64,000 nt of DNA, from positions 218,612,001 through 218,676,000 of the forward strand of contig OX597814.1 of NCBI GenBank assembly GCA_951406725.2, written 5' to 3'. Positions 12,101 to 25,735 of this stretch are shown piece by piece. This DNA comes from Octopus vulgaris (taxonomy: Eukaryota). Made by a program: the position numbers and the translations under genes. How positions within the stretch are numbered: position 1 is the first letter of the stretch; each line of letters opens with the position of its first letter. The notes below the pieces were generated by a model. It was not told the DNA's origin and did no database searches. It saw only the letters and a program-made list of their open reading frames with translations.

Positions 12101-13702
12101 GTATACAAATAATTTGAAAATAGAATTGAAGGTAAAGCGAAAGGCGGGAGAGAGAGAAAGAAGAGTAGGAGGCGACAGTAAGAGGGGAATGAATGGGAGC
12201 AGAGAGAAAGGTGCATTAGAGTGGAAGAGAGAGAGAGAGAGAGGGGCAGTGGGAAGAAAGAGGAGTAGGCGTAGTAGAAGGAAGGGCGGCAATAATAAGA
12301 GAGTGTATCATCATCGTATAACGGAAACGTTTTGTTTCATACTTGAGTTCATTTCACTTTTGAAATTACAGATTTTTAGACAAAACCATGATAATGATGT
12401 CAACTCTAGAACAGCGCGGAGATTGCACACACACGCACACGCACACACGCGCGCGCAAAAAGGGAGAGAGAGAGAGAGAGAGAGGAGGGCTGAGTTGGAA
12501 ATATTTTTATGAAATTGTTGAAAAGAGAGATAGAGAGCCCGGCTGGAAAGGAATTGCTTCTTTGTAAACAATAGAAACAAGAGAGGCTGGGATGAGAGGA
12601 TGTGTGGGAAGGAGGTGGAAATTAATACAAAGGAAATAAAAGCTGGGGATAAAAATACATAAATGCATGAGAGAGAAAGAGAGAGCAACGGAGTACTGGG
12701 GTATAGGTTGCTGCTAATCGGGTGTAGACATAAATAAGCGAAAAGAGGCGAGGTTAAAGTGGAGGGGGGTGGAAGAGACCAGGAGCAGAGAAGTTGGCGG
12801 CCACGAGTAGTAACAAGGCAGAAATATATGGTGGTGAAAGAGAGAGAAGCTTCTAATGGTGAGCAAAAGAAAAGCCGTCGATGATTGCGCTTCGCCGAGT
12901 TTTGCGGCGTACGAACGTGTTCATAATTCGTTCTGTATGTATATATGTGTGTGTGTGTGTGTTTGTGTGTAAATGCATGAGTACGCAGCTAGTGCAGGTA
13001 GGAACTGGATGTTTATGAGCTGACTAATGCTACAGCCTGATGGTGGTGGCAGTGCGTGAGTAGTGACTAACGGAGAAGCATCAGAGAATAAATCTAGATT
13101 CTTGACAGCAACCACACACAGATCAGTAGTTAAAATTATGCTAATGGCGGAAACCGTCAAGGTAGTTAGTTGACTTCGACATTATCAACCGTGCATTTCA
13201 TATATAAAACCTCACAAAACAATCTATACACAGAAAGCAATCAATAGTGAGAGAGGGGAAAGCTACTATCTCAATCTGTCTGCTGGTTTTAATGGGTGTA
13301 TATTGGCAATGGATTAAAAGAAGCAAACCGCAGAGGCAACACCGAGAATTCTATAGCAGCGTAGACCGAGTTTAGAAGAGAAAAAGAAAAAAAAAATCCC
13401 CAGTTATGACCATTTCTAATAACATGCCATTAAATGTTCTTAGCTAAATTTCAATCAAAAGTTCATCTTTTAGCTAAGGAATGATATTAGTAATGAAAAC
13501 CAATTACTTCTGTATGGTTTAGTATAAATGAGAACTGCATATGTTGGGATATTAATTTCCTTTGCGTTTCAACGCAATCTTTTAAGTGAATAATAACAGA
13601 TTCCCAATTTGTAGAGCAGTTTCTTCATGCAATGAATAATAAAAACGGAGAAGGAGAGAGAGAGAGAGAGAGAGAGGAAGAAATAAAGAGAAGATAACTC
13701 AC

Positions 13703-13762
13703 CAATATTCGGTAACTGTGATCCCGGCGATGAGGACCGACTTCAGCACCAAGGGAGAAACA
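13703..13762 (-). CDS. TADA2B: TADA2B exon 2 (CFSLGAEVGPHRRDHSYRIL), C-terminal half of ZZ finger
   Basis: Acceptor aaacAG and donor GTGAGT; phase 0-0; matches the ADA2b CFSAGAEIGxHRRxHxY motif. Confidence 0.95.
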
Positions 13763-16429
13763 CTGTTTCGGAGATATCCAAGAGGATTCCAATGAATGAA
13801 ACATTGTAAAAGAGAAAAGAAAAACAAGAGATAACAAGCATGTCAATTATAAATACAACAGTCAACTTTATTATTAAATCCCCCCCACTTCAAGAAACAC
13901 GGCAGAGTGCGGGCGGTTAGTATTTGCAAGTTTAAATTAGAAAACCTGGCAAATAAATTAACACTAAAGACATGGCTATGTTTAAAATAAGAAGGCAATT
14001 CTGATTCGTAATCGTGTAAGAATTGCAGTTGTTTCAGACCTGGTCGAACAAACCTCTGACCAAAAGCATTCCAACCATGACCACCTCCTACATAATTTTG
14101 GATACAGTACAGCATCCTTCTTTCTCTAAAACAGCAAGTGTTAACTATACAAAGGTGTCCAACAGTGACCACCATGTATTTATTTTTAGATATAGTTTAT
14201 CCAGGACTAACGCTACATACTCTGCATCCGTCTTTCTTTGAGACGGCAAAAGCTTCATAACAAAAGCACTTCAACAAGTCTATATATTAGACAGGTAGAT
14301 AGATTTTCTGTATCTAAGACAAATCGGAGGTTAAACCGGAAGTTTATACAGTATCGGCAAAAGAAACCTGGTTATTATTATCTGTTGCTCCAGCTGTTAC
14401 AGTGAATCCCAAACTGGAGTACAAAAGCAAACAACAAAGAAGCACGTTTAAGAAAACTCAAGGAGTTTAGTATTACTACTAATAAACACTCCAGATCTGA
14501 TTGTGGACTGGCAAAGCTAATATTTGCCTGCATTTTTTGGGTTAGACAAAGGTGGCAGAGTTCAAGTTCACACAATGCAAACATGTCTAATTTTAGCTGC
14601 GTGACTGATAATTATCAAACATAGCCCCGCCTACAATCTAACCAGTGATAAAGTAAATAAAAGAAGCGATCAGAACACTCCAAGTTTTACTCTGAAGCTT
14701 TACAAACCAGTTTATCCCGTACTGGATAAACTAAAATTCGACAAGACAAGCGGTGGCCTACATTGGCAGGAGTCGGGGAAGGAAAACTTAACATTGCAAG
14801 CACTGCTTAATTTCCCTCCGATAAAGAGAAATGCCTGAAATAATTAGACTTCCTCTCTCTCCCTACAGCACACCGAAATGTCCCATTTTCTATATTTTAT
14901 CTGCAACTGATCAGCAGTTCAAACGCTCCATATTAATAATACACTCGACGCCAGACACTTTTTCTCACACGATATGTAACCATGAGTCAATTGTGTGTAC
15001 ATTTATTCCGCCAGTCATAGAGAACAATCGCTTCAGTTCAACTATTACAAAGAGTGAATATGACACGACACTGTTCCCTAGTAATTACCATTGAGCATTA
15101 AGTGTTGGTTGAGATCAGGTTAGTGTGTAGAGCGGGGTTGGAAAGAGGGCTTCCTATTCATATTACTAGCTGAGAGTATCAGGTTAGCTTACATTCAAAT
15201 CTTAGGTTCAAAAGAAAATCATAAAAACCTTTATACAACCCCCATATTGGTAATGTAATATTAGGAAGAAAAAATAACCATATTTATAAAACCATACTGG
15301 CATGAAACGGAACAAAATACAGCAAAAGTGTGTGTTTAGATGTGTATGTGTGTAGAAATATATACACACATGAAATTAAGGATTCCCCCCCCTCCCAACG
15401 TTGACTCCATAAGGTAGAGACGACGGCGGAGGCGGAAGAGAATTGAGACGTGTTGAGTGAATCATGGAATAGAAAGAAGAGAAAACTCAACGACAGAAGA
15501 GAAAAAGAGAAAGCCAAGTGAATAAACGAGGAGCTAAAAGCAAAATAGAACAGTAACTAATGTCTTACCAACGAAACATTTAGCTACTACAAGCAAAAGA
15601 GATAGAAAGAGGATAATCAGCAGCCATCACAGATATAACAAGAGTATAATAAACTAAATGAAATGGAGGTGAAAGTAGTCCTAGCATTTTAAGACAACAC
15701 ATATATATATATACACATACACACAATATATATAAAAAGGATGTGGGGGGAAATAATAATGAGCATGCCATATAAAAAAAGCAATTACAAAGAGACAACT
15801 CTTTTGCAGAAAAATATCTCAACACTGAAACAGCAACTTTTATCTAGACCCATTGGAGTTTTTATAGCACACTTGGTTATACGGGTGGGATTCGGGTGTA
15901 CAAATGCCTCTCTCTACATATATACATATATATATATATATGTATATATGCACATGAAAGCGTACAGGTTTTTTTTACAATTCATAACACATAGGTGAGT
16001 TTGTATGAGTGAATGTGTGTGTAGTGAAGAAAGATTGGGTCGTTGTATTTGTGTGAATAGCCATAGATTATCATATCATACCATTTATAAATTTAATAAT
16101 TTAAAAATATACCAGATCAACATGATATAATATCTAATTAAATGAATATTTCAAAGCACTGAGGGCCATGGACAAGATTATAAACCAGAAAACTGCTCAG
16201 AGCACCCTATAGTTTATAATGAGATAGAAAGAGTGAAGAGATAAAAGAATGGGCGTGCTAACAGAAAGGATATGGAGGCTTCCCTCCCATCGGAAAATAT
16301 TAAAGCTTATGATGCCTCCATTTTCATATCAAAAGAGGTCTCAGAAGTGGAGCAGAAACGTCAGCAGGGAAGAAGAGAAATGTGAATGTAGAAGCCATTT
16401 GTTTGCATCGCTTACAGAAAAAGCTACAT

Positions 16430-16865
16430 AAACAGAAAGAGAGAGAGAGACAGAGATACAGGGGGGGGGAATAGAAAGAGTAGATAGAGTGAGTAGCAGA
16501 AATGGGGGAGGGGGAATAGACAGAGGGAAAGAGTAGATAGAGTGAGTAGCTGAAATGTTGAAGGTAAACAGAAAGAGAGAGAGACGGGGGGAGGATAGAA
16601 AGAGTAGATAGAGTGAGTAGCAGAAATGTTGAATAAACAGAAAGAGAGAGAAAGACGGGGGGAATAGAAAGAGTAGATAGAGTGAGTAGCAGAAATGTTG
16701 AATAAACAGAAAGAGAGAGAAAGACGGGGGGGAATAGAAAGAGTAGATAGAGTGAGTAGCAGAAATGGGGGAGGGGGCATAGAAAGAGGGAAAGAGTAGA
16801 TAGAGTGAGTAGCAGAAATGTTGAAGGTAAACAGAGAGAGGTGGTGAGAGAGAGAGAGAGAGAAG
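16430..16865. repeat. Purine-rich minisatellite, ~50-66-bp units with core aaagagtagatagagtgagtagcagaaatg
   Basis: About 6 copies of the core visible; lies in TADA2B intron 1. Confidence 0.9.
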
Positions 16866-17257
16866 TAGGAAAGGGAAGCAAGTCTTTCTGTGAGGAATAT
16901 AAATAAGAATGATCAGAAAATAAAATAAGGAGAGCAAAATATATATTATTTTGGAGATGGCATACAATTCTTTTTCCAGACGCATCAATACTTATATATA
17001 TAATATAGTAGTATCTATTGGCTTGGTGTAAAACAATGGAAGACGTGCAGTTTTTAGATGGGGAAAAGTCCAGGTTGATAATAAGGTAAACAGTGAATGA
17101 GTTGCCAGAGATAATTGGGGGAATGATGTCGATTTCACATGAAACTGAATTAATAAAAGCTAAGCCCACCCGACCAACCAATGCCTATAATATTAAGAAT
17201 AGTCAATGGAGGTTTGAAAGCAGTTTCATAGCACCATACAAGTGTGAGAGCTGTGCT

Positions 17258-17751
17258 ATATATATATACATATATGGGTGTTAATTGCATATATGTGTAT
17301 ATATATATACAGTATATGGGTGTTAATTGCATATATATACAGTATATGGGTGTTAATTGCATATATGTGTTTATATATATGCATATATGGGTGTTAATTG
17401 CATATATATATATATACAGTATATGGGTGTTGATTGCATATATGTGTATATATATATACAGTATATGGATGTTAATTGCATATATGTGTATATATATGTA
17501 CAGTATATGGGTGTTAATTGCATATATGTGTATATATATGCATATATGGGTGTTAATTGCATATATATATACAGTATATGGATGTTAATTGCATATATGT
17601 GTATATATATGTACAGTATATGGATGTTAATTGCATATATGTGTATATATATGCATATATGGGTGTTAATTGCATATATATATACAGTATATGGGTGTTA
17701 ATTGCATATATGTGTATATATATATATACAGTATATGGGTGTTAATTGCAT
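17258..17751. repeat. Minisatellite tatatgggtgttaattgca with variable (TA)n/gtatatacag spacers
   Basis: More than 10 copies of the core visible. Confidence 0.9.
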
Positions 17752-17949
17752 GGTGTGCAGATCGTGCAGATGCATATATAATGAAAGTATGCAGTTGTGT
17801 ATACATGTACGTATTTATATGATGTAGCATGCATGTAGGAAATAAAACAGCAGCAGGATGTAAATATGAAATGCAATAATAGGAGAAGGCAGATCGGAAT
17901 GGATCGGGTTGTGGGAATGAATGGTTGGAGTGGAAGAAGAGGTACTTGC

Positions 17950-18045
17950 CTGTAAACAAAGATCTATCTCGGTGCACTGGTCGCATTGTATGGCGAAGCC
18001 GACGATGTCACATTGACAACAACAACAGGACCGGCTTCTCACCAT
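17950..18045 (-). CDS. TADA2B: TADA2B first coding exon (MVRSRSCCCCQCDIVGFAIQCDQCTEIDLCLQ), N-terminal half of ZZ finger; frame stays open upstream to ATGs at 18639 and 18741
   Basis: C-x2-C...C-x2-C-x5-C pattern continues into exon 2; ATG in GCCATGG context; donor CAG|GCAAGT. Confidence 0.88.
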
Positions 18046-18749
18046 GGCAGAACGCTTCTTCGGATAACATTGATTCGCAGAGGTAGGGACCTGCTCCTTT
18101 TTGCCTTCTGCAGAATGACAGCCGAGAGAAGGGTCAGAAGCAGGGCCGCCACCGCCGCGGCGGCTGCCAAGGCAGAGCCGCCTCCGTCGACGGCGACGAG
18201 TTGAAGGTGGTGAAGAAGGAGAAGAAGAAGGAGAAGAAGAAGAAGGGACTCCTCCGCCGCAGCCACCGCCTCCGCCTCCGCCGCCACCACCACCACTGCC
18301 GAATGCTGTTGCTGGCGTGGACGATGGTGTTGTTGTTGATATTGATGTTGTTGTAGCGGTTGTGGTTGTAGTAGGGACGGCTCTGGGACTGTTGTTACTG
18401 GTCGGTGTGAGAGCAACTTGGCCGCCGGAGCTGAGCAGACAACAGCGATTGTAGTGACAGTACTTCGTCGTTTTGTTGTTGTCGTCGTCGTTGTTGTCGT
18501 TGTCGTCGTCTTGTTTCGGACGAACTGAGCGGCATTGAGACGAAGTCGAGGAAGAACGGGTATTGGCAGCATAGCAATTCATTCGCACACTTTCTTCGCC
18601 ATCTTTTGTTTGGCTGGTAGTGACGTCAGTATTACCCATGATGCACTTGCAGGCGACTGGCAGGTTTCCATGAAAGCCTTCCTCCTCACGCCGCCGATAG
18701 GAAACTCGAATGAAATACTTCGTGAACGCTTTTCTACGCATTTATATCT

Positions 18750-19210
18750 ATAATATATATATAGATGTCTATGTTTGTCACACTCTCTGCATAGACACAT
18801 CAACACGATCGGTGTAGATATCCCAGAAATGTGTCACATAATTGAACATTCCGTCGAAAAGCATCCATACGGCGCGACACCAAAGTCGATTAGTGTAAAA
18901 AATTTTCTCAAATACTTAAAACTCCTTTCACTTCCATTCAGCAAAGTTGTTCGACTGTTGTTATGTCACACTCTTTTTAAAAATCCCGAACGATTCCGTG
19001 TAAATGTAAAACAATAAACGGTAGCGGACAAAAGGTTTTCATTGTTATCCGTTTTTTCACACAAGTAGAGCAAAGCGCGAAGTCGGTTGAGAAGGGAGAA
19101 GAGAGACGAGAGCGAAGAGCGAATCGCCTCCTCACGCAACGGCCAGGGAGCTTCTATCTGTTACACGGCTTGACATGAATAACTAGCTTCGCGGCGGGGA
19201 CAGGTTACCT
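18750..19210 (-). promoter_or_regulatory. Probable TADA2B promoter/5' region (CpG-retaining)
   Basis: Many CpGs immediately upstream of exon 1, bounded by a (TA)n tract; position-based inference only. Confidence 0.4.
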
Positions 19211-19234
19211 TTTAAATATAGTCCATGTTCAAAC

Positions 19235-19287
19235 TATATACATACATGTATATATAGAGTTGTGTGTGTGTGCGTGCGCGTGTGTTG

Positions 19288-19360
<73 letters not shown>

Positions 19361-19368
19361 AATATACA

Positions 19369-19400
<32 letters not shown>

Positions 19401-19800
19401 CATATATATATATATACATATATACATATATATATATATACATATATATATATACATATATACATATATATATATATACATACATATATTGTATTTATAT
19501 CTATTTATATGAGTATATAACTATATACATGTGTATGTATTTATGTATGTATGTATATATATATATAAATATACATATATGTATATTATATATATATATA
19601 TATATATAAATATACATATATGTATATTTATATATATAAATATACATATATGTATATTTATATATATATATATAATATACATATATGTATATCCGTCTTT
19701 ATACATCAGTAAGTCTTAATATATATGTATATATATATGTCTTTATACACACACACATATATATATATATACATATACATATATGTATATCATATCTATG
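19235..19800. repeat. (TA)n/(TACA)n microsatellite field
   Basis: Direct inspection. Confidence 0.95.
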
Positions 19801-20010
19801 TTTTTACACACACACATAAGCAGACATAAATCGAGCGAATCCATACATGTATTCAAACGCATCTATCTACTATATATATGGGTACATACCCGTATATGCA
19901 TAGCACAATATTTGCAGTTTTCATATAAATGTAATGTATGTGTGTGTGTATGTGCGTATGTATGTATGTGAGAGTGTGACTCTGCGTGTATGAGATAGAT
20001 AGATAGGTAG

Positions 20011-20049
<39 letters not shown>

Positions 20050-20525
20050 ACGAAAGAAAGAAAGACAGAGAGAGAGAGAACGAAAGAAAGAAAGACAGAG
20101 AGAGAGAGAACGAAAGACAGAAAGAAAGGGAGAGAGAGGGGGGGATATATATTTGTGAATACACGTGCACACATATCGACCAGCAGTTTTCTGATATCAG
20201 TTTCTGAAATTCTAAAGTTTACTGAGTGAATTTTTATTAAGTGAAAGAGAAATTTAAATTAATGAGATGTAGTTTCGTTCACAGTGGAACAAATTCCCTA
20301 TAATAAACCGGAGGAAAAATATGCGTTATGAAATATTATAAATATTTCATAAAATATTTTATGCTCATCTGAAAATATAATTTACTTAGCTTGTTCCTTT
20401 TCTTTTTCTCGATTGTTTTCGTTTTGCTTATAAGTTCGAAAATATTACCTATTATAATATATACATATAATATTTTATATTTATTCAGTGAAAAACCATA
20501 AAAATATAAACCAAGTTGAAGACTA

Positions 20526-20657
<132 letters not shown>

Positions 20658-21251
20658 TCACACTCTCTCTCTTTCTCTCTCACTCTCTCTCTGTCTCTCT
20701 CTCTCTCTCCACACGCACACACGCAGTTCGCAGTAAACGCCCCTGAGACCAATAACCTAAATTATCCCCTTCGAAGCGTAGTTGAGCCTTGTAACCTAAA
20801 TAATCCCCCGTTTGAATGAATGGATGAATAAATAAATAAATAATTAAAGAAACAAATAAATATCTCAAACGTTTTTTCAGCCTTGTAACCAAAACAAATC
20901 TACAAGTGCCGTCCCTGCATTTATCGCTCATTATACGGATAGAAGTTGGTTTTAACTTGAACAATTTCTGTCTTGGTTTCTTTATATTATCTTTTCGTTG
21001 TTCCCGAGTCTTCATTTCCAACAATCAATTTTATGATTTATAATTTAGTTTAAACGCTGAGGTAGCAGAAATGACAGATCATCGGAGAAACTCACTACCG
21101 TGGGCTAATTGCTATTGTCTGTCTACTTTCTGAGTTCGAATCCTGCTCGAATCTACCGTGCTGTATATTCTTCCTTCAGGAGTTTAATAGATAAGTACTG
21201 GATAAATTCTGGTGTCTATTCAGTAAGCGATGTTTCATTCTATTGCAAATA

Positions 21252-21643
21252 CTAGCAGTATCGCCCGGCGTTGCTCGGGTTTGTTTCGACCCTTTAGAAT
21301 TGGAATTTTTGAAAAGTAAAAATTTTGCATTATGTCGCTTGTTATTCTCTTTAAGTGAACATTTTTCTGGTTGAAATACACCGAAAAATAGTGACACAGC
21401 AGTCAAAAAATCGTAAAAAATAGGGATTTCCATAGAAAAAAAGCACCTTTTTGATGTAAATAAATTTTGGTGTTAACATGATGCGATTCGAATTTTTTCT
21501 TCTATGGAAGGAAGAGCAAGCCTTCTTCTATCATACTCTCAACTTTGGTCAACTTGCGCCGCAGGGTCTCGGAGGAGATAGTGTTAGTTGAAGGCTACCA
21601 AACCTGCCATACACAGACAACTTCAGCTTTATATATAGAGAGA
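21252..21643 (-). mobile_element. Non-autonomous Helitron-type element (second subfamily)
   Basis: Minus strand begins TC..tatatataaag and ends with hairpin cccgagcaacgccggg then atactgCTAG; A|T insertion site; same 3' end as 37429 and 59575 but different interior. Confidence 0.75.
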
Positions 21644-23829
21644 TTTGACCTTGTGCCTATAAGTTGTTGTTTTTTTTACCAAGGGAGCGAGAAATTATCT
21701 GCACAGAACCGCCTCGCGATTCATTTGGCGCCATTTCACTTCAACTATGCTACTAATTCATTCCGGGTTAGGGAGACAGTCGCTTTTTCCATTTCTCTTT
21801 AATATATCCGTCCTCTTTGAGTGTTAAAAATCGATGTTATAAAATCAGCACTGCAAAACAACAGATACATAATGTTTTAGAGAATCGAATTTAACCGGTT
21901 TCGATTTGATTCCAGGTTGGAAGCAATTCATTTCGTTTATTCCGTTAGCATCCTTGAGAAAGGCTTCAACATCGCAACTTCTAATTTCCGTTCTCCCTGA
22001 AAATTTAAAGCATTGTACTTTACGAAAAATCTCTAACTAATAATTAAGTGCAGGATAATAAGCAAGCCGAGCCTGTAACCCAGTTTCTATTCCCGGGTAT
22101 AAGTCCTTAAGAAAAGCACAAGTGTCGAAGGAATACTATTTCCCACGTCTCTGTAAACCGAGGCGACGAGTAAAACAAAAGAGTTTCTCCGTGGTCGTTC
22201 AAATTTGCTAGAAATAACAACTAAACCCCTATTAAATCACACCCTATTATCTTAAAAAGAAATGATACATTGGATAATATAATGCCAAAAATAAAAGACC
22301 GTACAGCGTAAGTTGGCTCGGCTCTGGGGAAATGGCAAACTTGCTGGCGCATCCGCCAAAATGCTTGCGGCTTTTAGTTTCAGCCTTTTACGTTTCGAGT
22401 TCGAACACTCTTTGTCATTTATCCTTTCCGTATCGATAAAATAAAGTACCAGACAAGAGATGAGTCGTTTTATTATTCCCACAAACCGTCTTGGGTGTGA
22501 CTAGAATCAAAAGAGAAGATAGAAGACAAACAGTTGGGCCGACCTTAGTAAAATAATAAAAGCAGCCTAACATTTCATGCCTGTACGGAATTTGAATTAT
22601 CTGAATCAGTTTCAATGGAACGAGAAGCTAAGAGCCGTACTTTTCGTTCCACTCTTAAACGTTTCAGTTTTAAAGTTTGACATTAAGCAGAGTGTGATAG
22701 TAAGTGGAAGGTAATTAAAAGTTAAGAAAGAAAAGACCCAGTAACTCAAAAAGATGATATTTTAAGAGGTGTATGCTGTGTAGATGTCGCTTTTTAAAGG
22801 GAAGCCAACGAAAGACCCTCTTCAAGAAGCGACATAATATGCTTGCTGGCAAGTCGAATTATCTCTCATTATCGATCTAATGTAGTGTACAAAAACAACA
22901 CTTCCAGAATTCGCAATTTCCTGAACGGAATGCTGCGGAACTATCTTCTTATCTAATCTCTTTAACCTAGACTTGTTATTTTCAGCCTTATTTGGCTATA
23001 GCTCTTTTAGGAACTCTTCTCAGGTTCCTGGGGCGAAATAGAGTCGTAATTTTTTTCCTTTGATCTCTTAGAAATATATCAAGGTCCCTCCAAACGACTG
23101 ATCTGGACGACCCTCTCATACTTCCCCAAAGCCTATACTCAATCTTATTACGTAGGTACCGTTACACTCACATCGTCCAATAATTCTCCAGATAGTTATA
23201 CGTCTACATCAACTCTACGTAAAACCTATAGAAATCTGGCACCAAAAAACAATAGATTTAAGCAGAACTTACTTGAGCCATTGTCTTGCTTCGTACCAAC
23301 GATACCAAAGAACATCAAATGCTACCAACCATCACAGTAACATAAAAATATCATACACCTAGAAGACAAAAAACTACAAAGATGCTTATATAAATTTTCG
23401 TAACATTCTAGCAAGTTAACGATACAGCAAAGGAATAAAACGACTCGAAGTATTCAGAGGTCACTCGTGAGCACGAACTTCGCTCATCGCAGTCTGTACA
23501 TTGACCACATACGCCACGAAACGAAATGTAATATCAAACGAGCATGCAAAGAGCGTAGTTATTTTTTCCTACAGCAAATTCCATCAGTCCATACTACTTC
23601 TTAAAAACAAATCACCGCCAAATGCCCAGTGATGTATAAAACACCAAATGATACCACAACAGCATCCAAAAGCAAAATTCAGTCGCTCCAATTCAACTAT
23701 ATAAAAATACTTGTAAAGAGAAAGAGCTGCAGTATGTATAAACTTATGATTCCATGGACTCTGCTGCAATGAACAGGACCAATAATACTGGTTAACAAAA
23801 GCAACATTTTTCATCGAAGATGGAATTAG

Positions 23830-24590
23830 TCTGTATGCGCGCTGACGCTTGTTCCAAAATCTCTCTTAGGTTGTTCTGTTGTATGGCAGCTGAAGTAATG
23901 CAATAGTAGAAAAATGTTTTATCTGTCAATGATTGAAAGTAGTTGAAGAGAGACTGTCGTTGAAATTGCAAGGGTGCTGAATGAATGATTCTTCGAGAGG
24001 GCTAGGAGTATGAGGTGCTGGGGGATAACAGTGCTGTATTTTATTCAGAATCGCTAAGGATGCTGGACAGATGAAAGTTCAAACGCATCTTTAGAGTCCC
24101 ATGTGGACTTTGCTGGAATAGAAAAACAGAAAGACACTATCGAACGATCAAGGTCATGGTCAAAAGGGAGCATGTTGCTTCGATACAGCAGTATTTTGGT
24201 ATTACAAGTCACTTGGGCCAAGCAGGTGTACTCTTGCATGAGTGGAGATATCTGACTGAGCACAGTACTGAATGAGAGTTACAGAAGAGAAAGACCCCCA
24301 TCTGTCTAGACTGGGCACGGGTTTTGGGTGAAATCCCTTGATACCTGCACTGTGTATCGAGGGAAGTCAAGCGAGGAAAAAGTAAGGCAACAGATGTAAA
24401 TTCCAGGTATAATATTTCAGTTGAAGGCATACTACCTCAAAGAACAACATCGTAGCTCCATGAAGGTCGCAGAAGGAGCAGGATCTGCCTTGATGAACGA
24501 GCCACTATGAAATGCTGTGAGATGGAATTAAGCTGGATTTTTCGATTGTTGAAGTGAAGGCTCGAGTTAAGTTTTATTTCGTAGGTAAAA
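23830..24590 (-). pseudogene. Heavily decayed Penelope-like (GIY-YIG region) remnant
   Basis: VTCNTKILLY resembles the FTCxTxNxIY motif of PLE endonucleases; otherwise degraded. Confidence 0.3.
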
Positions 24591-25109
24591 TTTTTTTAGC
24601 TTGCTCTTAATATGACAGCAAGCTAACAAAAGAATCTTTAAATTAGAGAGGCGTGTGATGTGATGGACATAACCCTAGAAGAGTGAAAGGTACGCAGCAT
24701 TGGTGAAGGAAGAGAGCCGGCTTAATATTTTTTTATGATTATTGGAATTGAATGTCTCTACATGCTTTGCGTTAGAACGAGTTTTAAACAGATTATTTAT
24801 TTTTCTTAGTGAGCACCCTAGTACTCTTTGGAGTAAAACGACACTAACCGAGACGAAGCCACAGTAGTTTGTTATTCGTCTCTTCTCCCACGTTGATTTA
24901 AATAACATTTTATGCAAAATTTATTCAAAGCTTGGCTCGAAACACACAGCGTACTCTTCATTAATTCAAACATAATTAATACTGTTTTTATATCAGAGAT
25001 TCAGTTAGACAATATGTAATGGAAAAACATACATCACAAAAGTATTCATGACACAAAAGTGTCATGTATACGATTTTCTATTATAAACTTCGTGTGGGTC
25101 GTCACGGTA

Positions 25110-25735
25110 TTATATACAGCAATAATCAACCTTTCCTCATTCCAAAATCCCTCGAAACTTGTTTTCATTGCATTAGTAACTTTATGGGACAATCTCTTTG
25201 TTCATTGCATACCGTACCAACATTTTCTGAAAAGAAATCTGGATGAGAAATTTAGGAAGTATATTCTTAATCATATCCGACAACCAATTTCCTTATAAGC
25301 ATTAACGAGGTTCTTAGACCCAACTATATGTGTAAGGTACTTAAAATTCCACAGAAAGTTTTCGCATAATCTTTTGAAGTCATCAGAACTTCTAATTTCA
25401 GAATACTGAGGGGTTTGTTCAAATTCGATATCTTTTAAAATCTCTCTGATTTGCTGCCCCTTAAAACATTGCTCCATTTAACTTTTCTGCATTCACTTTG
25501 ATTAATTTACTTTGAAAGAAATTGAAATCCTTTTGAATTGGTTTTACCCACTGCTTCCACAATTTTTTCCTCAAACCGACTTTAATATGAAGAAGTGGGA
25601 GAAATATTTCTTTGGTATCAACTAAAGTTTACATTGCACACTGTTCATTTCTAGGATAATTGTCCAACGTAAATGACCTTAATGGCCATTCATGTTGTGA
25701 TTCGTAGTAGCATGACTGTCCCAAATGCATTTGTA
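25110..25735 (-). pseudogene. Decayed DNA-transposase fragment, Chapaev3/CMC-like (family assignment from recall)
   Basis: Manual translation across stops and frameshifts gives IFLPLLHIKVGL, GQQIREILKD, FKRLCENFLWN, AYKEIGCRI*LRIYFL..SHPDFFSENVGTVCNEQ and GFWNE. Confidence 0.7.

Noticed and set aside
16324-17181. 285-aa and 215-aa ORFs in TADA2B intron 1
   Set aside because: Mostly produced by the purine-rich minisatellite; no recognisable domain.
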